Shown here: positions 1-7,631 of the stretch, piece by piece
How positions within the stretch are numbered: the first letter of the stretch is position 1
Layout: every line of letters begins with the position of its first letter
DNA from: a virus
Lineage: Duplodnaviria; Caudoviricetes
Length of the DNA: 25,260 bases
Virus record (IMG/VR): IMGVR_UViG_3300010376_000126
Location: 1-25,260 of that record
Direction: 5' to 3' (one strand)
Notes under the pieces: model-generated
Databases searched by the model: none
What the model saw: only the letters and a program-made list of their open reading frames with translations
What the model was told of the DNA's origin: nothing
Program-made: the position numbers and the translations under genes

Positions 1-74
1 CGAGCGCGCGCGCCGGGAGGGCGATCACTGAACAAGGGGCGATGGGGCGATCACAACAGGCAAGGAGGAGACCC

Positions 75-488
75 ATGCCGACGCACATCGATGGAATGCC
101 GATTTTCAACGCCAAGAAGCCGCTCGAGCTCGAGATCCTGCCGGCCGACTGCAAGGGCGATCCCAAGGATCCGAGCGACTGTGCGGTGGCGCGCGCGGTC
201 AAGCGGGTGATGCACGCGCTCGAAGTGCGCGCCCATCTCTCTGCCATCGTGTGGCGGACCAACAATGTCAGCTGGACGCGGGCGCGCACTCCGGCGGCGA
301 TGCGGGTGCAGATGATCGTGCTCGATCAGGGCGGACGGTTTCAGCCGGGGCACTACTATCTGGCGGTGATGGGGCCGCGCAAATCGAGCGGCCGGGCGCA
401 GGGCTCTTCGACCAACCGCAAGGGCAATGGCGGACCCAAGCGCCGCCCGCCGATGGTGCTGAAGGATGTGCGGATGGAGCTGACCTGA
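75..488 (+). CDS. Hypothetical phage protein, 137 aa (DC-x9-CAVARA motif, basic C-terminal tail)
   Basis: Strong SD AAGGAGGAG 4 nt before ATG at 75, so the ORF-track start at 42 is probably too early. Protein-like composition with a globular N-terminus and a K/R-rich tail. Confidence 0.8.
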   Translation: MPTHIDGMPIFNAKKPLELEILPADCKGDPKDPSDCAVARAVKRVMHALEVRAHLSAIVWRTNNVSWTRARTPAAMRVQMIVLDQGGRFQPGHYYLAVMGPRKSSGRAQGSSTNRKGNGGPKRRPPMVLKDVRMELT

Positions 489-721
489 GCGGGCTGCGAC
501 AGGTTGTCCCTACGGGCGACGGTCCTTACGTCAGGTTGATGACACCGCTACCACATTTGGGGGACTCCGCGCTTCGCAGGATCGCCGTGGGCGGCGATTC
601 ACCGCCACCCGGCTACCCAGACAAGGGAAGGGGTACCCGTGGCTCCAGCCTCGAGAATGGGTGGACACAGCGTCAGGTTCCCATCCATGCGGACTCCGCC
701 CGACTCCTGTCGTAGCACCTC
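489..721 (+). ncRNA. Candidate multibranched structured RNA
   Basis: Closing stem 493-503/706-716 (11 bp, one G-U) encloses stems 503-509/514-520, 521-527/560-566, 579-587/592-600, 604-608/639-643 and 658-665/681-688. Mismatches resolve as G-U on the + strand. Confidence 0.5.
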
Positions 722-739
722 GCCTGACACGATGCCTAC

Positions 740-779
740 AAAGGGAAACGCCCGCGGCCGATTTCGCGACCGCGGGCGT
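740..779 (-). terminator. Intrinsic terminator-like hairpin
   Basis: Minus strand ACGCCCGCGGTCG-cgaaat-CGGCCGCGGGCGT (13 bp, one G-U) followed by TTCCCTTT. Confidence 0.6.
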
Positions 780-822
780 CCATCCAAGTTCTCAATTCGG
801 CCGTCTCACCAACCGAAAGGAA
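740..822 (-). ncRNA. Candidate ~85-nt small RNA
   Basis: Bounded by a sigma70-like promoter (829-856) and the terminator at 740-779. 5' hairpin TTCGGTTG-gtgaga-CGGCCGAA with G-U pairs on the minus strand. No convincing ORF. Confidence 0.45.
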
Positions 823-828
823 GGCTCG

Positions 829-856
829 AGCCTAGCGAACCGGTGGCTGGCGTCAA
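829..856 (-). promoter_or_regulatory. sigma70-like promoter
   Basis: Minus strand TTGACG-N16-TAGGCT. Confidence 0.5.
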
Positions 857-1001
857 GCCAAACTTAGGGCTGCAGTCAGGGCAAATGGGACGCAGGTCGG
901 TCAGGAGCAGGGCAGAGATGTCACAGGCTGGCGGGGCGGCGGGCGGAGCAAAACGGTGAGAACGGAGCTGGGACGGAGGGAGTACAAATCGGGGCGAAGG
1001 G

Positions 1002-1019
1002 AGTTGTACAAAGTTGTAC
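1002..1019 (+). repeat. Tandem AGTTGTAC doublet, putative tyrosine-integrase arm-type sites (left arm)
   Basis: AGTTGTAC at 1002-1009 and 1012-1019, about 85 bp left of the tRNA-derived core. Confidence 0.65.
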
Positions 1020-1099
1020 GCCGGGCGGAAAAGCCCCAAAAATCGTTCCCTTTGGTCAAGAAAAAACCCAGCAATTCCGGCATTTTGCCGTTCGGTACG

Positions 1100-1149
1100 T
1101 CTAACTTTTAATCAGAGGGTCGATGGTTCGATCCCATCCGGGCTCACCA
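1100..1149 (+). tRNA. 3' half of tRNA-Lys(TTT): att core, not a functional tRNA gene
   Basis: Anticodon loop CTTTTAA (1105-1111), T-arm GATGG-TTCGATC-CCATC and 3' acceptor strand CGGGCTC-A-CCA are present. No 5' acceptor strand or D-arm upstream; the anticodon stem is broken (TCTAA/TCAGA). Confidence 0.88.
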
Positions 1150-1209
1150 CTTTAAGCCAATAAAATCGGGCCTTAGATGAAAAGCAAGAAAATGTCGTCC
1201 AAGCCAAAA

Positions 1210-1227
1210 AGTTGTACGAGTTGTACG
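1210..1227 (+). repeat. Tandem AGTTGTACG doublet, putative arm-type sites (right arm)
   Basis: AGTTGTACG at 1210-1218 and 1219-1227, 60 bp right of the CCA end and in the same orientation as the left doublet. Confidence 0.65.
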
Positions 1228-1439
1228 GCGGCATAAACATACGCCACTCGCGGTGGCGCGGCGGATCTCTTTTTCGCCGCGAGGTGCTGAGTCCTTCAAT
1301 CGCCGTTCTCGCGTTGAAAGCGTTTGTCAAATTTTAAATCTGCTGACCGACAGAAATCCGCCGAGGGTTTTAATCCTGTGGCGACCGCACGTTTTGCTGC
1401 TATGTTCCGGCCGAACTTTCCTTGGTTAGGTGGTTCAAC

Positions 1440-1487
1440 GAAGCGCCCGCCCTCGCCCGACCGGCAGCGGTGGGCGCTTCTGCTTTT
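1440..1487 (+). terminator. Intrinsic terminator-like hairpin (+ strand)
   Basis: GAAGCGCCCGCC/GGTGGGCGCTTC 12-bp stem (one G-U on +) followed by TGCTTTT. Confidence 0.55.
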
Positions 1488-1501
1488 GTGCCGGGCGCAG
1501 C

Positions 1502-1538
1502 AAAAAGCCCCCGCCGGCTTGCCACATTCGGCGGGGGC
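1502..1538 (-). terminator. Intrinsic terminator closing the late operon
   Basis: Minus strand GCCCCCGCCG-N12-CGGCGGGGGC-TTTTT, downstream of the last morphogenesis gene. Confidence 0.8.
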
Positions 1539-1654
1539 CCGTTCTCATCAACCGTGATGTAGCCAACTGTCCCATGGGCAGTTGCGTTCGCAGAAAACGA
1601 TCTGCTGTGTGGAGTCCTTTCTTTCGTTAGGGGCTCCCCCTTAGCCGAATCATG

Positions 1655-1876
1655 TCACTCCGCGGCGGGCGGCACCAGTGTCGGGCCACCCGGCTTGACC
1701 GTGATCGCGGGCGGCTCCTTGGACGGCGTCAGCTCTGCGATCTGCTTCTGCAGCCTTGCGATCAGGCCTGCCTGCTGCGCCACCATGTCGAGCGCCTGAT
1801 TGCGCTGCTCCCGTAGCGTGCCCAGATAGGTGTCGAGATCAACCTCGATCTGCTGTTGTGGCTGGGGGGTCTGCAT
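1655..1876 (-). CDS. Small coiled-coil protein, 73 aa, following the tail fibre
   Basis: TGATG overlap with the tail-fibre stop. Heptad-like segment LREQRNQALDMVAQQAGLIARLQKQIAEL. Confidence 0.75.
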   Translation of the reverse strand: MQTPQPQQQIEVDLDTYLGTLREQRNQALDMVAQQAGLIARLQKQIAELTPSKEPPAITVKPGGPTLVPPAAE

Positions 1877-4038
1877 CAGTGTTTCCTCTTCTCTAGGGTG
1901 GTCAGTCGCTTCGTCAGTTCTTGGATCGCGGCTAGGACATCGGGTGCGCCGAGCCTCCCGAAATCGATGCTCTGCATCGCAGGCTCCCAGACGCCATCCT
2001 CTTCAGGTGTCTTGCCGCGTCCGTCCTTCTCGCCAAACACAACATGCGGCCATAGTTCCTGCACCTCATGGGCCAGCACCATCGTCCGATATTGATCGTC
2101 GGCCTCGACCTTGAACTTGGCATGGTGGATGTGGAGCTTGTTGATCCGCGCCAGCGACCCAGCGGTGTCGGCATCGCCCTTCACATCCTTCAGCCGGTAA
2201 TCCGACGAGGTCGCATAGGCCGTTGTCGAGCCGGTGGTATTGATGTTGCCGACGATGCCGTTCGGATTGTTGAAGTACATTTTGTAGGCTGTTGCCACCG
2301 TATTGTGATAACTGCGAATGGCGACTGCGCCGCCGCTGTTGTTCACGATGTCAATCGCAATGCTCGACGGGCCGTCACCATAGACGCCAAACAATCCCGA
2401 TGTCGTGTTGCTGCCGACGAACACCGTGGCATTGGAGTTGATCTGCATCGCCAACGTACTGTTGACGGCAAATCTGATCGGCGTGGACGCCCCGGTGAGA
2501 AGCAACATGCCGCCAGCGGCAGCGCCACAACTGAGATAGCAAAGATCGGGTGCATAGGGCGCACCCGCCGAGGTGAAGCCCGCGCCTGTGAGCGTCAGGG
2601 ACGCGAAGTGACCCGCGTCGTTTTGGGCAACGAACTGACTTTGCACCGCGTTCCCGGTATTGGGGTTCGTAATAAAAACCCCGCTCGCCGAGTTCACGCT
2701 TCTCTGCGCTTGGATCGTGTAATTTGGAAAAGCCCCATTGCCCGCGAAGCCGATGTCCAGACCGCCAGCGGTCAGAAAGCGCGCGACCTCGGCTTGGCTG
2801 ACCATGAAGACAATCGGCTTGGAATATCCCGTGCCGATGAGCAGCCCATTGTTCTGCGTCCACGCGACAAGCTGCACCTGATCCGGTGCGTATGGCAGGG
2901 TCATGCCCGTCGCGTTCGCGTTTGAGATCAGGAGCGCTCCATAGTCGTTCGCAGCGTTCGCAACATGGACCGACGCCGATGCCTGCCCGGTGCCCGCGTA
3001 AGTATTGTTGACACTTATCGCCAATTCCCCGGAACTGATGCTCTTTGAAATCTGCAAGGCCACGTTGTAGCCGGGATCAGGGATCGCACCGAGGCCGAGA
3101 TAGCCCCGCGCATCCATGTGCGCCTGCTCGACACCATGCACCATGAAATGCAGGATGCCGCTCGAAACCGCGTTGGTGCCAACCGTCAGCCCGCCTGCGC
3201 CGCTCGCGAACAGAATACCGGCATCGGCGCGCAGCGCCGGATCAGCGGTCCAGCCGGTGCCCTGTATCTGCAACGAGATTTCGCTGTTGTAGTTGGTCGC
3301 GGTGATCTTGGTCGCGGCGGTATTGCCGGTGCTGCTGTTCGACCATGTGAACCCGACGCTCGTATAATCGTTCGCACTCCCGACGACGGACACCTTGCTC
3401 GGCAGCGAAATGACCTGTTGCCCCGCAGGCGAGAGCGGCGACACGTTGATCTGGTTCGCCGTGCCGACAAGCGACAGGATCGGCCCGGCGCTGAAATTGT
3501 ACCATTGCAAGCCGCTGGCATCGGCCTTCTCACCAAGCAGCATCCCGCCCGCGCCCGGCGTATTCGGCAGCACCGGATTGAAGCTCGAAAGGTCGAGTGG
3601 GTTCATCCTGACGACGCGCCCGCCCGATGTCGTTCCCGCTGGCAACGCGAAGCTCTGCTCCTGATCGACCAGCGTGCGCCGGTCCACTGCCGCCTCGACG
3701 CTCTTCGCCGGAAAGCGTCCATTCGTCGGAAAGCTCTTGTCCTGCCAATTCAGCGTCGAGCGTGCCCGATAGGCGATGTAGCCCGCTGGCAGTGCGGTAT
3801 TGAACACGACGTTGCCCGATGGATAGAAGCCGGTGTCGGGATCAGGCGTGCCGGTGATCGTATAGTCGTAGGTGCCCCCGCCGTTCAGGACCGGAGGCGA
3901 ACCAACCGGATTGCCGTTCGCATCGAGGACAATCGCCACGACGTCGGCCTGCGCGCGGAACGGCCATGGCAGATTGAAGGTTGTTGTCGATCCGTTACCG
4001 ACATCGCTGACCGGATTGTAGTTGGCCTGAATGGTCAT
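1876..4038 (-). CDS. Tail fibre/spike, 720 aa, with T7 gp17-like N-terminal attachment domain and C-terminal intramolecular chaperone (peptidase S74-like)
   Basis: N-terminal GNGSTTTFNLPWPF...FPAKSVEAAVDRRTLVDQ pattern; G/A/N/S/T-rich beta body; SSDYRLK autocleavage motif (~2188-2208), LAHEVQELWPHVV and terminal coiled coil AIQELTKRLTTLE. Confidence 0.9.
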   Translation of the reverse strand: MTIQANYNPVSDVGNGSTTTFNLPWPFRAQADVVAIVLDANGNPVGSPPVLNGGGTYDYTITGTPDPDTGFYPSGNVVFNTALPAGYIAYRARSTLNWQDKSFPTNGRFPAKSVEAAVDRRTLVDQEQSFALPAGTTSGGRVVRMNPLDLSSFNPVLPNTPGAGGMLLGEKADASGLQWYNFSAGPILSLVGTANQINVSPLSPAGQQVISLPSKVSVVGSANDYTSVGFTWSNSSTGNTAATKITATNYNSEISLQIQGTGWTADPALRADAGILFASGAGGLTVGTNAVSSGILHFMVHGVEQAHMDARGYLGLGAIPDPGYNVALQISKSISSGELAISVNNTYAGTGQASASVHVANAANDYGALLISNANATGMTLPYAPDQVQLVAWTQNNGLLIGTGYSKPIVFMVSQAEVARFLTAGGLDIGFAGNGAFPNYTIQAQRSVNSASGVFITNPNTGNAVQSQFVAQNDAGHFASLTLTGAGFTSAGAPYAPDLCYLSCGAAAGGMLLLTGASTPIRFAVNSTLAMQINSNATVFVGSNTTSGLFGVYGDGPSSIAIDIVNNSGGAVAIRSYHNTVATAYKMYFNNPNGIVGNINTTGSTTAYATSSDYRLKDVKGDADTAGSLARINKLHIHHAKFKVEADDQYRTMVLAHEVQELWPHVVFGEKDGRGKTPEEDGVWEPAMQSIDFGRLGAPDVLAAIQELTKRLTTLEKRKH

Positions 4039-7000
4039 GGTGATGCTCCCATTGTCGGCGCCGCGAGCTCGATCCCTCGCGTCGCGCGACCTGCTGCAAT
4101 CTTGCTGCTGATGCCGGCGTCATGCTGGATGAAATCGTCAGTCGCCGCTTTTTTGTAGGTCGCTTGGATCGACAGTGCCATCAGGTACTGCTGCGATGGC
4201 GACGCCGCGTTGAACTCCGCCTGCAGTCCCTTGTCGGCGAGCTGGCCGGAGACCAGCGCATTCAACGCTTCCTTCGCACCGTACATCGTGCCGCCGTAAT
4301 CCATCTTGTAGCCATTGCCGGCCGAGACCCTGAGCCGGTCATAGTCCTGCGAATTGAGCGGGATCTGCAGCTGCTGCTTGCCGCCGACATTGACGTGCAG
4401 GGTGCGCGGCGGCGGCGAGGCGCCGATCCGGCCTTGCTCGGCCTCGGGTGCATATTGACGATTGTCCCAGAAGAACTTGTCGATTGGGTTTACATCCTTG
4501 GCCGGCGACAGATCGAACGGCGAGAAGGCGCGACCGACGCCACCGAGTATTCCGCCCGGGCGCTCGACCGGGTCGCCCCACACATCGCGGGTCGGCGGCA
4601 TCTGGTTCGATAGGCCCGGCGTCCGCGAGGCGATGGTCTCCATCAGGCCCTGATGCGAGCGCATGAATTCGTCGAACATCCGGTCGACGCCCGACACGAT
4701 CCCCGGCACCGCAAAGCTTGCTGCGAAATTGTCGAGAAACTTCGTGCCCTGCTTGTTGGGATCCGACATCGCGTCGATGAAATTACTCCACTGCTCCATG
4801 TAGGTCTTCGACAGCATCGCGTGACCAAAGCCGAGCACGAGGCTTGAGATCAGAGCTGACGTGTCATCCTCATGGGTGTAGCGCGCCATCTCCACAGTGT
4901 CGGCAAGCGCCCCGAGCGTCATGCCCATCGGCTCAACCTTGTTGTAGGAGATGGTCTGACCGCCCGGCAGCGTGATCGTGTACGGCCGGTGGCCGGCGTT
5001 CAGCCACGCATAGCGCTCGGCCGGCGTCGTCGGGCCGTTGCCGGTGACGGTCCCGTTCAGAACGAAGGGCAGAGCGGCCAGTGTCACGCCCGTCCCAAGC
5101 CCAGCTTGCGCCTGAGCGAGCGCTTTGCGCGCCCCGCCAGCGGCCATCTCTTCCTTCCACAGCGCCGATGGCAGCACGAACGGCAGCGGCGACGAGCGAT
5201 AGGCAAAGCGTGCAACATTCGCCGAGATCTTCGTGAACGGCGAGATGAAGCGGCCGAGCGGAAACTCGAGGTGCTTGAGCCCGCCGACATTCGGCAGGGG
5301 AATGTTGAGGCTGTCGATCCAGTTCTGCATCGTCGCGGCCGGGCCCGAGAGCGGCTCCTGCAGGGTGTTCCGCAGTGCCCGGTTGATCGCCATCTCGTGC
5401 AGATCCTGCGGCACGACATTGCGCAGCTCGGCGGCGCGCTGGTTCAGATCCTCGAATTTGGCATTGCGACCGAGCTCGCCGACCGCCTTGCGCCACGCCC
5501 CAGCTGCAACCTCGGCGCGGTAGTTGAACACTTTGGCAAAATCATCCATCGCGCCGATCCATGTCGTCGGCATCGCCGAGCGCAGGTACTGCAGCGCCGG
5601 CCGCGTCACCTGATCGGCGGGAAAATCCGGCATGCCGTTGGCGAGGCGCGAGATCCGGTTGACGCTCGTCCCGTCCTCGAGGCTGTTGAACTCGGCGTGG
5701 AAATTGCCGGTGCCGGTACGCAGCGCCTTGCCGGCGAATTGCAGCGCCTCCTGCCATGCCGAGATATAGCCGTGGAACAACGCGGCAGTTTCGCCCGGCG
5801 CAACCGCACCGGCCGGTCCGAGCTTCTCCGCCGTATAGCGCGTCGCCAGATTGAAGACCGCGAGCGAGCTGTCGCTCGTCCCCTTCTTGACGATCACCGC
5901 CGGGTTCGACAGCAGCCAGTTGTACCAGCCGTAGAGAAGACCATCGCGGCTCGTCATGTTGCGCAGCGTCGACATGAAGCCCGACACGTTCTCGGGTCTC
6001 ATGTCGGCAGTCTTGTTGATGATCTCCTCCCACGGCACATCGCTACCCGAGAGCCGGATCATCTCGGCCATGTCCTGCGCCATTTTCCCCATCGTGCCGG
6101 CGACGACCTGACGAACGCGGAAGGTCTGGCCCATCTGCCGCCCGCTCGCGTACCAGTCGTTGACGTATTTCTGGAAGATCACGCCATAGCGCTTGGCGGT
6201 GTCGTATGCCGCCGGATCGCCGGTTGCCTTGGCGGCATCCGACGCCTTCTTCAATTCGCTCGCCGCGGTCTCGAGTACCGACTTCTGCGCCATCATCGTA
6301 TAGAGCGCCTGCGGATCCATCACCCGCTTCGCCATGATCTCGTCGGGCGTCAGGTTCAGACCGAGCGTGTAAGCGTGCATCTTCACGACGTCGTCGTTGA
6401 TCGGGATCTGCGCAGTTTCCATGCGCTTGGCGATGTCGGTGACGATCTGGCCGATCTGATCGGGATTACTGAGCTCATCCATCGTGAGCCCGATAGGCGT
6501 CAGGCCCTTGCCGTTCAGGAAATCGTCGACCGCCTTCTCCTGATCGGGCGTCATCTTGAAATCGGGTTTCGGCTGATCGCCATTGATGCTGAAGGGCGCC
6601 GGCCGCTCACCCTCCGGCGGCACCTCGAGGCCTGCAGCAGCTGCGGGCGCCTCAGCCGCAGCGCGCGCGACGTAGACTGGCGGCTTGGGACCGTTCTCGC
6701 CGATATACGCCGCCTTCATCTCCGGGGTGTAGGCGTCCTGCTTGCCGCCGGTTTTCTCCTCGATGTAGTCCGAAAGCCCTTGCTGCCATTTCTGGTACTC
6801 GGGATTGATCATGCGCGCGCCGGCACCGCCCTCGGCCGGCGCAGCTGCAGCGCCCTCGGCCGGCGGAGCTGCCGGCGCACCTTCCGCGGGCGCCGCAGCA
6901 GCTGCCGCTTGCGCCTCGGCCGGCGGCGCGGCTGCACCCTCCGCGGCTTTCGCGGCCGTCTCGGCACCTTCGACACCCTCGAGTGCCTTCGCACCTTTGA

Positions 7001-7631
7001 GCAGCTTGCCCGCTTTGCCGAGACCGCCCGGCGCCATCAGCGAGAGCAGGAAGCCCGTCAGATTGCGATTGACGCCGGTTGCCTCTTCGACCGGCCGGCC
7101 GACCCCCGAGGTCAGCGCTCCGGTCAGCGGCGCGAACGCGACGTTGAGTGCATCGAGCCCGGGCTGGATCCCGGGCGGCAGCGGGTTGGAGAGTGCGTCG
7201 CGCACCTCCTGCAGGTTCGACGGCAATGCATCGCGACGAAATTGCGAGAGCGCATCGGTGAACTGGCGACCTACTTCCGCCGGTATGCCGGCGATGCCGT
7301 TGCCCAACGCCTCCCACAGCGTCTTGTCCTGCCGCTGCCCCTCCGGCACATAGGCGGCGCGGCTGACCATGTTCATCCAGTTGTAGATCTGCTGCCCGAC
7401 CGGGAGATCCGATTTCGGGCCCGGCGGCGGTTTCGGCGGCGCCAGTGCATCGGCGCCTGACGGCGGCGGCGGCGCACCGCCATTCGCCATCCGCTCGAGC
7501 GCATCGCCGCTCCCCTGCTGCGCGAGATTGTGAGCCGCAGTGTAGTCGGTGCGCGGATCGTGCGGGTTCGAGGCCGCTGCCGGCTGGCCGGATGCGAGCT
7601 GCGCCATATAGTCGACGTCAGGCTGGGCCAT
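4035..7631 (-). CDS. Large internal virion/ejection protein, 1198 aa (T7 gp16-like position)
   Basis: Last large helical ORF before the tail fibre; SD AGGAG; hydrophobic segments; ATGA overlap with the fibre gene. Confidence 0.8.
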   Translation of the reverse strand: MAQPDVDYMAQLASGQPAAASNPHDPRTDYTAAHNLAQQGSGDALERMANGGAPPPPSGADALAPPKPPPGPKSDLPVGQQIYNWMNMVSRAAYVPEGQRQDKTLWEALGNGIAGIPAEVGRQFTDALSQFRRDALPSNLQEVRDALSNPLPPGIQPGLDALNVAFAPLTGALTSGVGRPVEEATGVNRNLTGFLLSLMAPGGLGKAGKLLKGAKALEGVEGAETAAKAAEGAAAPPAEAQAAAAAAPAEGAPAAPPAEGAAAAPAEGGAGARMINPEYQKWQQGLSDYIEEKTGGKQDAYTPEMKAAYIGENGPKPPVYVARAAAEAPAAAAGLEVPPEGERPAPFSINGDQPKPDFKMTPDQEKAVDDFLNGKGLTPIGLTMDELSNPDQIGQIVTDIAKRMETAQIPINDDVVKMHAYTLGLNLTPDEIMAKRVMDPQALYTMMAQKSVLETAASELKKASDAAKATGDPAAYDTAKRYGVIFQKYVNDWYASGRQMGQTFRVRQVVAGTMGKMAQDMAEMIRLSGSDVPWEEIINKTADMRPENVSGFMSTLRNMTSRDGLLYGWYNWLLSNPAVIVKKGTSDSSLAVFNLATRYTAEKLGPAGAVAPGETAALFHGYISAWQEALQFAGKALRTGTGNFHAEFNSLEDGTSVNRISRLANGMPDFPADQVTRPALQYLRSAMPTTWIGAMDDFAKVFNYRAEVAAGAWRKAVGELGRNAKFEDLNQRAAELRNVVPQDLHEMAINRALRNTLQEPLSGPAATMQNWIDSLNIPLPNVGGLKHLEFPLGRFISPFTKISANVARFAYRSSPLPFVLPSALWKEEMAAGGARKALAQAQAGLGTGVTLAALPFVLNGTVTGNGPTTPAERYAWLNAGHRPYTITLPGGQTISYNKVEPMGMTLGALADTVEMARYTHEDDTSALISSLVLGFGHAMLSKTYMEQWSNFIDAMSDPNKQGTKFLDNFAASFAVPGIVSGVDRMFDEFMRSHQGLMETIASRTPGLSNQMPPTRDVWGDPVERPGGILGGVGRAFSPFDLSPAKDVNPIDKFFWDNRQYAPEAEQGRIGASPPPRTLHVNVGGKQQLQIPLNSQDYDRLRVSAGNGYKMDYGGTMYGAKEALNALVSGQLADKGLQAEFNAASPSQQYLMALSIQATYKKAATDDFIQHDAGISSKIAAGRATRGIELAAPTMGASP

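Noticed and set aside
534-560. Hammerhead-like TTGATGA core (also on the minus strand near 1545)
   Set aside because: Not CTGANGA, and no stem II followed by GAAA.
877-894. c-di-GMP-I riboswitch-like CAGGGCAAA-TGGGACGCA
   Set aside because: The GNRA-capped stem that should lie between the two halves is missing and there is no downstream P3-like element; probably coincidence.
1074-1149. Intact tRNA-Lys gene
   Set aside because: No 5' acceptor strand complementary to CGGGCTC, no D-arm, and a broken anticodon stem; only the 3' half is present.
1341-1380. C4 antisense RNA-like AAATCC-GCCG-AGGG motif
   Set aside because: Only loose similarity from memory; the flanking stems do not form convincingly.
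599-1630. Short ORFs (60-106 aa) across the att/intergenic region
   Set aside because: No SD, atypical composition, and overlap with the tRNA fragment, hairpins and terminators.
489-4038. Diversity-generating retroelement or retron, given the BPP-1-like architecture
   Set aside because: No reverse transcriptase or avd gene, and no ~100-bp TR/VR pair differing at adenines; the fibre ends in an S74-type chaperone, not a C-type lectin fold.
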